From NCBI GenBank assembly GCA_027046625.1, contig JALTXX010000016.1, forward strand, positions 42,202 to 106,201: 64,000 nucleotides of DNA. Direction: 5' to 3'. A program made the translations under genes and the position numbers. The DNA comes from Candidatus Micrarchaeota archaeon (lineage in GTDB: Archaea > Iainarchaeota > Iainarchaeia > JAADDC01). A model generated the notes under the pieces. That model was not told the origin of the DNA. It did no database searches and saw only the letters and a program-made list of their open reading frames with translations. Below, one piece after another: positions 9,112-17,747 of this stretch; positions within the stretch are counted from its first letter, which is position 1, and the number at the start of each line of letters is the position of its first letter.

Positions 9112-10787
9112 GCACTCTCAACCTCCAGTTTCTTCATAAGCTCCTCTAGTCTCTTGTATCTCTCTTCTAGGAGGGATTTTAGAGTACTTTCTACCACTTT
9201 TTCATCCTTTCCTGTTAGGGTAGCCAGACCTTTGGATAAAAATGGTAGATAATGTTCTAAGATCTTCTTCTTTTGCATAAGCTCATTGATGCTGTGTACT
9301 TTTGATGTATACTCCTTTAGCTTTCTTCCAGCCTCCATAAGGGCCTGCCTTATCTCGTTGTACACCTCCGGTACATCTGCTATGGCCTGTTTTCCTGCTG
9401 TGGTATAAGGTATGTGGGTTGATGAGATGTTTACCATGATAACTACAGGGGCATTGAAGACATCCACGCCGTATCTGTTCCAATCAATACTTTTTACCGC
9501 TTCTGTAATGGCACACCCCCCGCTATCAAATAGGAGCGGCACCCTGTTGGCAAACCTCATAAGTTCAAAGTTTTCAATCTTTCCTCCAACTGCTATTCCA
9601 ACCTCTACCTGGAAGGGGATACCTCCGTAGTATACTTTTGGCTTTCTCTCTACCACAGACACAAACGATGGTTTTAGGTTTGCCTTTAGGGAAGTTTTGA
9701 TGCGTTCCTTCCCAATGGGTATGAGTACATCTGTGCTAGGACCTCTTATTTTTACCTCTTTTAGAATATTAAGTAGATTCTTAGCCTTCTCTTCATCTAT
9801 CTCCTTACCTAAAACCTTTTTGAGCATTTCAATACCTTCTTTTTCATCAAAATCTCTCTTCTTTTCTGCCATTGTTCTTAGCAGCCTAAAGAGCATTACG
9901 ATCCTTTCTGCCTCCTCCCATGTTAGTTCTTGAGGAGGTTTGTTTAGCTCTCTAGGGAGAATATGCAACATAGATATGATAGCTTTGCTACCTATGCCGT
10001 GAAGATGAGAGGTGATCATGCGAGCTACTGTTTTGCTCTTTGCTATCCTGCTAAGGGAGAAAATGTCATCTGTTGTGATACCAAATGGATGAGGCTTTGC
10101 CTCTATACCTATCTTTACAGGTTCGAAGGTACTTCTCTCAAAGGTGGTAATCTTTCCGTCGGGCTCTGTAAATCTTATAGTGACATGGGGGTTGGCCAAA
10201 GCTGTCCTTCTGAGATACTCATATACGGAGTATTTTCCTCTGTTGTATTCCACCTCCTTTAGCTCTACGATTACCTCTGTACCTCTGAAATCCCCTGGAT
10301 AGTGCCTTTTAGACTTTACATCAGGCTCGTTCTTTGTTACATCTACCATTACCTCCATTTCCCATACCGTTCCATCCCCTGTAGAGGTGATAATCTTCAC
10401 TGGCTTACCTGTGGTAATCTGGGAAAATAGTGTTACACCTGCAGCCCCGATACCTTGTTGACCCCTAGTCTGTATCATTCTATGGAACTTTGTGCCGGCG
10501 AGAAGTTTTCCAAACACCCTTGGAGCTATGTGGGGAGGAATACCAGGGCCATTATCCTTTACCGTTAGCCTATAATGCTCATCTCCCAACCTTTCCAGCG
10601 AAACAGATATATCCGGCAGTATACCAACCTCTTCACATGCATCCAATGAGTTGGTTACAAGTTCATGAACTGCGGTAGTAAGTGATCGTACCTTTCCTGA
10701 GTAGCCTAGCATGTGTTTGTTTTTCTTGAAAAACTCTGCCACAGAGTGCTCCTTAAACTCTTTGAATATGTCTGTGCCCTCAGGCAT
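9108..10787 (-). CDS. top6B: DNA topoisomerase VI subunit B
   Basis: HELVTNSLDA, DNGPGI, RGQQGIG GHKL motifs; RFANRVPLL. Confidence 0.96.
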   Translation of the reverse strand: MPEGTDIFKEFKEHSVAEFFKKNKHMLGYSGKVRSLTTAVHELVTNSLDACEEVGILPDISVSLERLGDEHYRLTVKDNGPGIPPHIAPRVFGKLLAGTKFHRMIQTRGQQGIGAAGVTLFSQITTGKPVKIITSTGDGTVWEMEVMVDVTKNEPDVKSKRHYPGDFRGTEVIVELKEVEYNRGKYSVYEYLRRTALANPHVTIRFTEPDGKITTFERSTFEPVKIGIEAKPHPFGITTDDIFSLSRIAKSKTVARMITSHLHGIGSKAIISMLHILPRELNKPPQELTWEEAERIVMLFRLLRTMAEKKRDFDEKEGIEMLKKVLGKEIDEEKAKNLLNILKEVKIRGPSTDVLIPIGKERIKTSLKANLKPSFVSVVERKPKVYYGGIPFQVEVGIAVGGKIENFELMRFANRVPLLFDSGGCAITEAVKSIDWNRYGVDVFNAPVVIMVNISSTHIPYTTAGKQAIADVPEVYNEIRQALMEAGRKLKEYTSKVHSINELMQKKKILEHYLPFLSKGLATLTGKDEKVVESTLKSLLEERYKRLEELMKKLEVESA

Positions 10788-10817
10788 GGATCATCTCTCT
10801 TATTTGAAGAGAAATTA

Positions 10818-11429
10818 TTAAATATCCCCTCTCTCTTCCTTTTCCCATATGCCAAACTTGCTATATATTTTTTCCATGGTTTCTCTCCTCTTTTCATTCT
10901 CCAACTCCCTGAATACCACCGTATGAGGACTCCCATCAACTATCAGCCTATTTATAGCTCTCTTTGCAAGCTCTATAGCTTCAAAGGTGCCTATGATAGA
11001 TACTGTGTTACCATATATCCTTATGTTTGTATCTGTAAGCTCCTCTAACCTCTTTCTTGCCGAGCCCTTGCTACCTATGAGACGGGCTCTCTGCCGGGGG
11101 ATGGCATGCCTCCCCAGCACCTCCTTCAGGTTGATAATCTCAAGGTATACATCGTCCCTGAAGAGGTTGAGGGCCGTGTCTGGGTCAAAGCCTCTGCCTA
11201 TTGCCTTCACAACCCTAACAGCGTTCAGAAAATTTATAGGATCGGTTCCTTTCCCGCCCTTTACTGTTACTTCCCCACTCTTGGAATCTATCCGTATTCT
11301 TACATCTGCAAGATTCTCTATTCTTTTCTTAACCTTCCCTTTTTTACCTATTAATACTCCTATTCTTTCCCTTGGAATTCTCACAGATTCTTCCATTCCC
11401 TCTTCTCCATACATGAAGTCTTCCTCCAC
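10818..11429 (-). CDS. KH-domain rRNA processing protein (Dim2/Pno1 family)
   Basis: RIGVLIGKKG, KAIGRGF, RLIGSKG; usual neighbour of top6B. Confidence 0.9.
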   Translation of the reverse strand: MEEDFMYGEEGMEESVRIPRERIGVLIGKKGKVKKRIENLADVRIRIDSKSGEVTVKGGKGTDPINFLNAVRVVKAIGRGFDPDTALNLFRDDVYLEIINLKEVLGRHAIPRQRARLIGSKGSARKRLEELTDTNIRIYGNTVSIIGTFEAIELAKRAINRLIVDGSPHTVVFRELENEKRRETMEKIYSKFGIWEKEERGDI

Positions 11430-11482
11430 AAACTATCCAATGTATGCATCACTTTTTTAACCCACCCATCCCTATTACATTC

Positions 11483-13783
11483 ATGTCCTATTCCATTATT
11501 TCACCCCTCCTCATTATCCTCATCGTAGTAGCCTCCTCCCTCTTCCTCTACAACACCGTCATCTCCTCTCTCCAACCCATCCAGTCCACTCCTTCCTTCG
11601 TTCCACTAATCATCGAAGAATACAAACAGGAGGGCAACCTTCTCACCCTCTACATCAGAAACCCCTCAAACACCTCAGCCTCCCTCCCCTACATCCTCGT
11701 CAAAACAGAAGAAGGGATAACAAAGATTGACCTCAACGCCACCATCCCCCCAAACTCCTCCCAGCCCATCACGGTAGAGCTCCCCTCCACTACATCCCAA
11801 GAGATAGAGGTATCCCTTGGAGGAAGCACCTCCTACCAGGTCCAGATAGAGCCTACAACTTCACTGTCAGCTCTATTCTGCCCTATCCTACCTCCAGACT
11901 GCACAGACCCCAACTCTCCCTGTGCAGGCACCGGCTGTTTAGCCTCGTATCCAAAGATCTTAGGAACTTATACATTTCCTACTAATGTTGCGCACGATAT
12001 GGCTCTTCATCCAGAAAGAAACCTGGCCTTCGTAGTCAACGGATATTCAGGCCTCCTCACCATCAACTACACAAATCCTTCCTCCCCAACATTAGAAGGA
12101 AACTATGACACCCCAGGCTATGCCCAGAGTGTAGCCCTTGATACCCAGAAGAACTTGGCCTTTGTAGCAGATAGATCATCAGGCCTCCTCATAATAAATT
12201 ACGCTATTCCATCTTCTCTTACCTTAGAAGGTAATTACAATACTTCTGGCGACGCTCTAGGAGTAGCCCTCCTCCCAGAAAAGAACCTCGCCTTCGTAGC
12301 CGACGGACTTTCAGGCCTCCTCATCATAAATTATACCAACCCCGCTAACCCTGTATTAGAAGGCAACTACAACACTCCAGGAACAGCTATCTCTGTGGCT
12401 CTCGATCCCGAAAAAAACCTTGCCTTTGTAATCGATGGCAATTTACAAATTGTTGACTACACCAACCCATCATCTCCAACCCTGGTAGGAAGCTATGCCA
12501 CCCCAGATAATGCATTTTCGGCTGCCTTACTTCCCGGGATGAATATAGCTTTTGTGGTGGTTGGTTACTCCGGTATTCTTATTATCGATTACACAGACCC
12601 CACAAACCCCACTTTAATTTCTGAGCATAACACTTTAAGCCCAGCGATTGATGTGGTTCTATCTCCAGAGAGTAACACCGCGTTTGTAGGCACCTACGAC
12701 TCTGTCATTGTTATAGATTATACAGATCCGGCAAATCCTGTAGTAGAGAAGAATTTCTTTATTAGTATAAATTACTCCATAGCCTTTTCTTCAGACAGGA
12801 ACCTTTTATTTACGGGCTCATTCCATCAGATTAACATCATTGATTACTCGCAGCCTGACACTGCCCCATCGCTCCTTACTAACTACCCTATAAGCATAAT
12901 AACAAGGGGTACGGCAGTAGGAGTCATCCTCCTATCAGAGAAAAACCTTGCCTTTGTAGCCGACAGGGACTCAAACTATGTCCTCATCATAAACTACACC
13001 GATCCTACAACCCCTATTTTAGAAGGCAACTACAACACTCCAGGAACAGCTATCTCTGTGGCTCTCGATCCCGAAAAAAACCTCGCCTTTGTAATCGATG
13101 GCAATTTACAAATTGTTGACTACACCAACCCATCATCTCCAACCCTGGTAGGAAGCTATGCCACCCCAGGATATGCCCAGAGTGTAGCCCTTGATACCCA
13201 GAAGAACTTGGCCTTCGTGGCGGATAGTACCGCAGGTCTTCTAATAATCAGCTATACAGATCCTACCAGCCCTACTCTGGTAGGAAGCTATAGCGTACCA
13301 TACTATGCTGCTGGTGTTGCTCTCCTCCCAGAAAAGAACTTGGCCTTCGTAGCCGACGGACCTTCAGGCCTCCTCATCATAAATTATACCAACCCCGCTA
13401 ACCCTGTATTAGAAGGCAACTACAACACTCCAGGATATGCTGAAGACGTAGCCATAGATATAGAAAGAAATCTGGCCTTTGTAGCAGACAATGAAGCAGG
13501 TGTTCAAATAATAGACTATACTATCTCCTCCTCCCCAGTAATAGCAGGATCCTACGACACCCCGGGCTACGTATTCAATGTAGCCCTCCTCCCAGAAAAG
13601 AACTTGGCCTTCGTAGCCGACGGACCTTCAGGCCTCCTCATCATCAACTACACTAACCCATCATCTCCAACCCTAGTAGCAAGATCGTATCCAGCGTCAA
13701 CAGATGTAGCATTGGATGGAAACCTGTTGTTTGTTGCTGGAGGAAACCTTTACGTTCTAAACATCTGCAACTGTTTGACTTAA
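11483..13783 (+). CDS. LVIVD-repeat beta-propeller surface protein with pilin-like N-terminal domain
   Basis: About 14 repeats of NLAFVAD...GLLIINYTNPxxPxLxGxYxTPG; N-terminal IISPLLIILIVVA hydrophobic helix and LTLYIRN strand. Confidence 0.85.
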   Translation: MSYSIISPLLIILIVVASSLFLYNTVISSLQPIQSTPSFVPLIIEEYKQEGNLLTLYIRNPSNTSASLPYILVKTEEGITKIDLNATIPPNSSQPITVELPSTTSQEIEVSLGGSTSYQVQIEPTTSLSALFCPILPPDCTDPNSPCAGTGCLASYPKILGTYTFPTNVAHDMALHPERNLAFVVNGYSGLLTINYTNPSSPTLEGNYDTPGYAQSVALDTQKNLAFVADRSSGLLIINYAIPSSLTLEGNYNTSGDALGVALLPEKNLAFVADGLSGLLIINYTNPANPVLEGNYNTPGTAISVALDPEKNLAFVIDGNLQIVDYTNPSSPTLVGSYATPDNAFSAALLPGMNIAFVVVGYSGILIIDYTDPTNPTLISEHNTLSPAIDVVLSPESNTAFVGTYDSVIVIDYTDPANPVVEKNFFISINYSIAFSSDRNLLFTGSFHQINIIDYSQPDTAPSLLTNYPISIITRGTAVGVILLSEKNLAFVADRDSNYVLIINYTDPTTPILEGNYNTPGTAISVALDPEKNLAFVIDGNLQIVDYTNPSSPTLVGSYATPGYAQSVALDTQKNLAFVADSTAGLLIISYTDPTSPTLVGSYSVPYYAAGVALLPEKNLAFVADGPSGLLIINYTNPANPVLEGNYNTPGYAEDVAIDIERNLAFVADNEAGVQIIDYTISSSPVIAGSYDTPGYVFNVALLPEKNLAFVADGPSGLLIINYTNPSSPTLVARSYPASTDVALDGNLLFVAGGNLYVLNICNCLT
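12270..13435 (+). repeat. direct repeat of about 113 bp: 12270-12382 and 13323-13435, with a partial third copy near 13581-13645
   Basis: tcctcccagaaaagaac...cccgctaaccctgtattagaaggcaactacaacactccagga shared with about three mismatches. Confidence 0.85.
12356..13169 (+). repeat. direct repeat of about 151 bp: 12356-12506 and 13019-13169
   Basis: ttagaaggcaactacaacactccaggaacagct...agctatgccaccccag matches with one mismatch by eye. Confidence 0.9.
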
Positions 13784-14730
13784 TGCTTTTTTAGCTTTAG
13801 GATGAGGGAGTGGTATTTGTATGTTTTGTCCAGCATTTCAAGGTATCTTTGAAGAATCGCTGCCATGGCCCTTCTCTTCGTGTTTTTGTCCCTTATCTTT
13901 TCAAGAGTGGATTCCATAAACTCTGAGAGAGCTGGGGTGGAGAAAAGATGCCATAAAATCTCAACCTTATCCTCAATGTTTTTATCAGGCCTGAATCTGC
14001 CCTCAATAGTGTCTTTAACAGCCTTCTTCAGCTCCTCCTCTATGGATTCCCTGTATTTGTGTGGAGTGTAGGGAGCTTCCTCGCAGCGACCTTCCTCTCT
14101 GCACTCCTTTATCATGCGTTCAAATTCCTCTCTCCCCTCAAAGAAGGCTAGAGGTTTGTTCTTTGGTGCTACCTGGGGCAGCATGTAGCCCTCCTCCTTA
14201 GTGAGGGGCATGTAATTCCACACCACCTCTATGGGGGTGTTGTACTTCTCTTCTATTTCTCTGACGATGCGGGCCACCTTTTCAGAATCCTTTAGGTTGT
14301 CCACCACAATGAGCAGATCAAGATCATCTACCATGCCTATATCAGGAACGTCTCTCATTTTCACGGGAACCCCATACATATTCATGGTAAGGGTACCCCC
14401 TCTAACTGCAAATACCTTTAGATTCTTTCCCAACGCCTTTTTTACTTTGTTGTAAACCTCTATGGCAGTTTTTAGATGTTTCTTGTAAAGATCTGCGTAC
14501 ACGGTAGCCCCTTCCTTTACAATATCCCCTTTCAGATTCTTCATGACGGCGTCTTTCTTTGCAGCCGTTCTAATGGGGTATCCCTTCCTGAGCTCCTGCT
14601 CTCCTTTCTTATTTATGTAGTAATATCCATGACCTATATTTTCTAGTTCTTTCCAGAATTCCTCAAATATGAAGGGTTTACCTCTTTCTCTCAATCTTTT
14701 GGCAGCCTTCTCCCACGGATGTATCTCCAT
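13780..14730 (-). CDS. hypothetical protein with Pol-beta-type nucleotidyltransferase-like motif
   Basis: VFAVRGGT...DDLDLLIVVD resembles hG[GS]...DxD. Confidence 0.5.
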   Translation of the reverse strand: MEIHPWEKAAKRLRERGKPFIFEEFWKELENIGHGYYYINKKGEQELRKGYPIRTAAKKDAVMKNLKGDIVKEGATVYADLYKKHLKTAIEVYNKVKKALGKNLKVFAVRGGTLTMNMYGVPVKMRDVPDIGMVDDLDLLIVVDNLKDSEKVARIVREIEEKYNTPIEVVWNYMPLTKEEGYMLPQVAPKNKPLAFFEGREEFERMIKECREEGRCEEAPYTPHKYRESIEEELKKAVKDTIEGRFRPDKNIEDKVEILWHLFSTPALSEFMESTLEKIRDKNTKRRAMAAILQRYLEMLDKTYKYHSLILKLKKH

Positions 14731-14779
14731 GTTTCTACAATGTCATGGATCTTTAAATGCTCTTGCCATAACTTTCTTT

Positions 14780-14863
14780 GCCGGGGTGGCCGAGCGGTCC
14801 AAGGCGCCGGACTCGAGATCCGGTGGGATCACTCCCGCGCGGGTTCAAATCCCGCCCCCGGCG
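14780..14863 (+). tRNA. tRNA-Ser(CGA)
   Basis: GCCGGGG...CCGGA-CTCGAGA-TCCGG, long variable arm, GTTCAAATC, CCCCGGC-G; TATA ctttaaat about 25 nt upstream. Confidence 0.96.
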
Positions 14864-14866
14864 CTG

Positions 14867-14923
14867 TTAAGCTTCCACAGTATCACATACTCTTATCCCC
14901 TTCCCTATAAGACAGATCTTCAT
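14867..14923 (-). pseudogene. 3' remnant of a third pilin/C-type-lectin paralogue
   Basis: Translates MKICLIGKGIRVCDTVEA*, versus the C-termini LKICLIGEGVNVCDTVKV* (16866 gene) and VRVCLVGKGLRVCDTTAT* (15201 gene). Confidence 0.8.
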
Positions 14924-15134
14924 CTCCAACGCTTCGCTCTTTGATTTTTTCCCACTTCAGGGTATTTACTCTACCAGATAGGACCTCTCTTAGGCGCTCC
15001 TCGAGTTCTTTCCCACGGGTTTCTTCCTCTTTCTCAAATAGCAGGTCTACAAAAGTGTTGAATATTTCTTCCAAGTTAGTAATTCGTGTCTCCAGTTACT
15101 CGATCCTCTTCTCTAACGTGGTAGCCTTCTCCAT
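14883..15134 (-). pseudogene. antitoxin-like small protein with internal TAA (15096-15098)
   Basis: MEKATTLEKRIE*LETRITNLEEIFNTFVDLLFEKEEE...ELEERLREVLSGRVNTLKWEKIKE; coiled coil plus acidic stretch like archaeal RelB-type antitoxins; own TATA tttaaat upstream. Confidence 0.5.
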
Positions 15135-15200
15135 GTTAAGAACTTACCCTATTCTACATTTAAACCTCTTCTATCACAGCCGAAATCTTGGTGGAGAATG

Positions 15201-16067
15201 TCAAGTGGCAGTAGTATCACAAACTCTTAGCCCCTTCCCTACAAGACACACCCTAACATCAATGAACTGAAAACCTGTTTTGGAGGGAATCGCCTGAAGT
15301 GTACAACTTGCACTCCCGCCTGGGGAAACAGGAAGGATAGTATCGCATTTTACAACCGGTATGTAGAGGGACCGTACAGTACCTCCTATGTTTACATCAA
15401 CCCTGATTGGTTCTCCAATCCTCTTTGAGGCAACTGTATAACCAGATAATGTCTCTATCCTAAGCGTTAAACTTCCAAGGATCAAATTCCTTGTAGAAGA
15501 ATGATTAGACACAGTAAACCCAATTCCGATCTTCTCACATATGAAGGGAAGAGGTACGGACCCATTTCTATCATCCCATCCCGTGGATGTTATGACGGCA
15601 ACATCCTCCCCGTTAGCATCATCTGGCTTGCCACCCATCCAAAAATCACCCACTATAGGATCTCCCGTAATGTACTTCCACCCACCATCTGGCTCTGAAG
15701 ATTCAGGGGATTGGTACACCCCTATGTATGCTGCACTCCACCCCTTAGAGCTAACAATATTTTTCAGCACATTGTTTTGACCATCCGTTCTGGGAGTGGC
15801 AAGAAACATACCCCTCTCTTTACAGTAATTAAATGCATCTACCCAGTTCATGGGGGTAGAAACAGGCAGGTAATAGTGCAAATAATAGCTAGCAATTCCT
15901 GGTGGACCTACCTCTTTATAGGCTTCAAGCGACACCCCTATGGGAGAGGTATCCTCAGCTGTAGTCTGCTCAGAAAGTTTTGCCACACCCATGTATATGA
16001 TTATCCCAAGTGCCAGTACTGTAGCTATGAGGAGGAGTGTTGCCACAATGGGTGAGATGCCTCTCAT
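15201..16067 (-). CDS. type IV pilin-like protein (class III signal) with inserted C-type lectin domain
   Basis: MRG/ISPIVATLLLIA prepilin signal; CTL motifs NWxDAxxYC...LAT...YIG...W...KPD...ED...WDD...PFICEK; true start 16067. Confidence 0.85.
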   Translation of the reverse strand: MRGISPIVATLLLIATVLALGIIIYMGVAKLSEQTTAEDTSPIGVSLEAYKEVGPPGIASYYLHYYLPVSTPMNWVDAFNYCKERGMFLATPRTDGQNNVLKNIVSSKGWSAAYIGVYQSPESSEPDGGWKYITGDPIVGDFWMGGKPDDANGEDVAVITSTGWDDRNGSVPLPFICEKIGIGFTVSNHSSTRNLILGSLTLRIETLSGYTVASKRIGEPIRVDVNIGGTVRSLYIPVVKCDTILPVSPGGSASCTLQAIPSKTGFQFIDVRVCLVGKGLRVCDTTAT

Positions 16068-16125
16068 CCTAACGAAAAAAAAACGATGAATAAATACCTT
16101 TCGGCCAGAGGTCGTTATGTATAAT
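16039..16125 (-). promoter_or_regulatory. duplicated promoter/5' unit, copy 1 (BRE-TATA, T9 tract, ATG, TTATNNATAA palindrome)
   Basis: Matches 17719-17805 at an offset of exactly 1680; 16060-16104 is identical over 45 bp. Confidence 0.8.
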
Positions 16126-16159
16126 AACCCCTTATATACATCCCCTCCCATTTAATAGC

Positions 16160-16483
16160 ATGGAACCCCTTTCCACCATTAAGCGAATAATAGAGGAGGA
16201 AGCCTCCCGCCTCAACATAAAAATAGAGAGGATTATCCTCTTTGGAAGCAGAGCAAAGGGAACAGAGAGAAAGGATAGTGACTATGACATTCTAGTAATT
16301 ACTCAGCATCCTGTAAGCAGACACCTTATGTATAAATTCCACTCTAACATTAGAATAAGGTTGTACAAACTTCTGGGGAGAGAGGTGGATATTATCGTTG
16401 TAGATAGGGACTGGTTTAAGCGGAGGAGTAGATTATGGGGAAGCGTGGAATACGCAGCGGCAAGGGAAGGAATGGTGGTGTGA
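16160..16483 (+). CDS. minimal nucleotidyltransferase (MNT) antitoxin
   Basis: ILFGSRAKG...SDYDILVI...VDIIV. Confidence 0.92.
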   Translation: MEPLSTIKRIIEEEASRLNIKIERIILFGSRAKGTERKDSDYDILVITQHPVSRHLMYKFHSNIRIRLYKLLGREVDIIVVDRDWFKRRSRLWGSVEYAAAREGMVV

Positions 16484-16863
16484 GTATTGTATGTGAGTGG
16501 TTGGAAAGAGCTAATAGAGACCTGAAAGCGTCTAAGTTACTCCTAGAGGAAGGATTATACGAGGAGTCAACCTTTCATTCCCAACAGGCTGTAGAAAAAG
16601 CCCTGAAGGCACTCCTTTTGGCTGTAAGGATCTTACCGCCAAGGACCCATAGCATAGAGCGGTTGTTGAGTATGCTAGAGGAGAAGATTGATGTTTCTTG
16701 GGCGTATGAGATGCACTTGCCAGCACTAACCTACTATGCCATAGAGGTGAGATACCCGTCCCCTCCTGTATCTGAGGAGGAGGCAATAGATATGCTAGAT
16801 ATAGCAAGAAAAGCGATTGAAAGGGTGAAACTAATCTTGAAAGAGAAGAAAATACAATGCTAG
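16480..16863 (+). CDS. HEPN-domain toxin of an MNT-HEPN module
   Basis: FHSQQAVEKALKA, PPRTHSI, RYP; GTGA overlap with the MNT stop. Confidence 0.92.
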   Translation: MSIVCEWLERANRDLKASKLLLEEGLYEESTFHSQQAVEKALKALLLAVRILPPRTHSIERLLSMLEEKIDVSWAYEMHLPALTYYAIEVRYPSPPVSEEEAIDMLDIARKAIERVKLILKEKKIQC

Positions 16864-16865
16864 AT

Positions 16866-17747
16866 CTATACCTTCACCGTATCACACACATTTACCCCTT
16901 CTCCAATAAGGCAAATCTTCAACTTGGATACCTCATAATCTACCTCCTTTAGAGGAAACGCCCAGAGAGAGCACGAGGCACTTACATTGGGTGGCACATC
17001 CCATCTATCACATTTTAGGCGGGGAACGCTAACCCCTCCTACTCTTGTATTATTTATGTCCACAGAAAACCAGCTGAGGGAGTCTGTCTTCACCGCTGCT
17101 AGCAGTCTATTGTTTAGTGCGTCATACACATGAACACTTACATTGGTGAGATTCAGAATGCCTTCAGAGGATACATTGGTAACCGTGAATCCAATCATAA
17201 TCTTTTCACACACAAAGGGAAATAACTCCGCTCCGCTATAGTCATGAAGACCATCTGACCTTATAGCCGCCACATCTTCAGCTGTGTTATCATCTGGCTG
17301 CCCACTTGCCCAGAATCCTTCCCCTATCAATCCCATTGCATCCCCCGTAACATAGTACCATCCCTTGTCTGGCTCAGAAGACCCAGGACTCTGGAATACA
17401 CCCACCCATGCGGCTGTCCACCCCTTGGCTGCAAGGATATGCTTTATCTTATCGAGCTGCAGAAGGGACTTTGGAGCTGCAAGAAACATCCCCCTCTCCT
17501 TACAATAGTTAAACGCTCCTATCCAGTTCATTCCCGTAGAAACAGGCACATAGTACCTGAAGTAGCCAATGGATGCCCCTCGTGGTGGATAATCTAGGTA
17601 TGCCTCCATCACAACAGAGTATATCTGCCCCTGCTGGCCAGAGGTACCCTCCACCATCTGAGAAACACCCATATAGAGCAATGCTCCAATAGCAACAACG
17701 ATAGCAATCAACAGCACCGTTGCCACGATGGGTGAGATACCTCTCAT
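16866..17747 (-). CDS. type IV pilin-like protein (class III signal) with inserted C-type lectin domain
   Basis: MRG/ISPIVATVLLIAIVVA; CTL NWxxAxxYC...WVG...W...QPD...ED...PFVCEK. Confidence 0.85.
   Translation of the reverse strand: MRGISPIVATVLLIAIVVAIGALLYMGVSQMVEGTSGQQGQIYSVVMEAYLDYPPRGASIGYFRYYVPVSTGMNWIGAFNYCKERGMFLAAPKSLLQLDKIKHILAAKGWTAAWVGVFQSPGSSEPDKGWYYVTGDAMGLIGEGFWASGQPDDNTAEDVAAIRSDGLHDYSGAELFPFVCEKIMIGFTVTNVSSEGILNLTNVSVHVYDALNNRLLAAVKTDSLSWFSVDINNTRVGGVSVPRLKCDRWDVPPNVSASCSLWAFPLKEVDYEVSKLKICLIGEGVNVCDTVKV

Noticed and set aside
11990-13700. CRISPR-like array
   Set aside because: The repeats are in-frame protein (LVIVD) repeats with no unique spacers and no cas genes.
15096-15098. 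Stop-codon reassignment or readthrough
   Set aside because: TAA terminates many normal genes here; a single case is better explained by mutation.
15201-17747. Diversity-generating retroelement targeting the C-type lectin genes
   Set aside because: No reverse transcriptase in the window, no template/variable repeat pair, and differences between paralogues are not adenine-specific.
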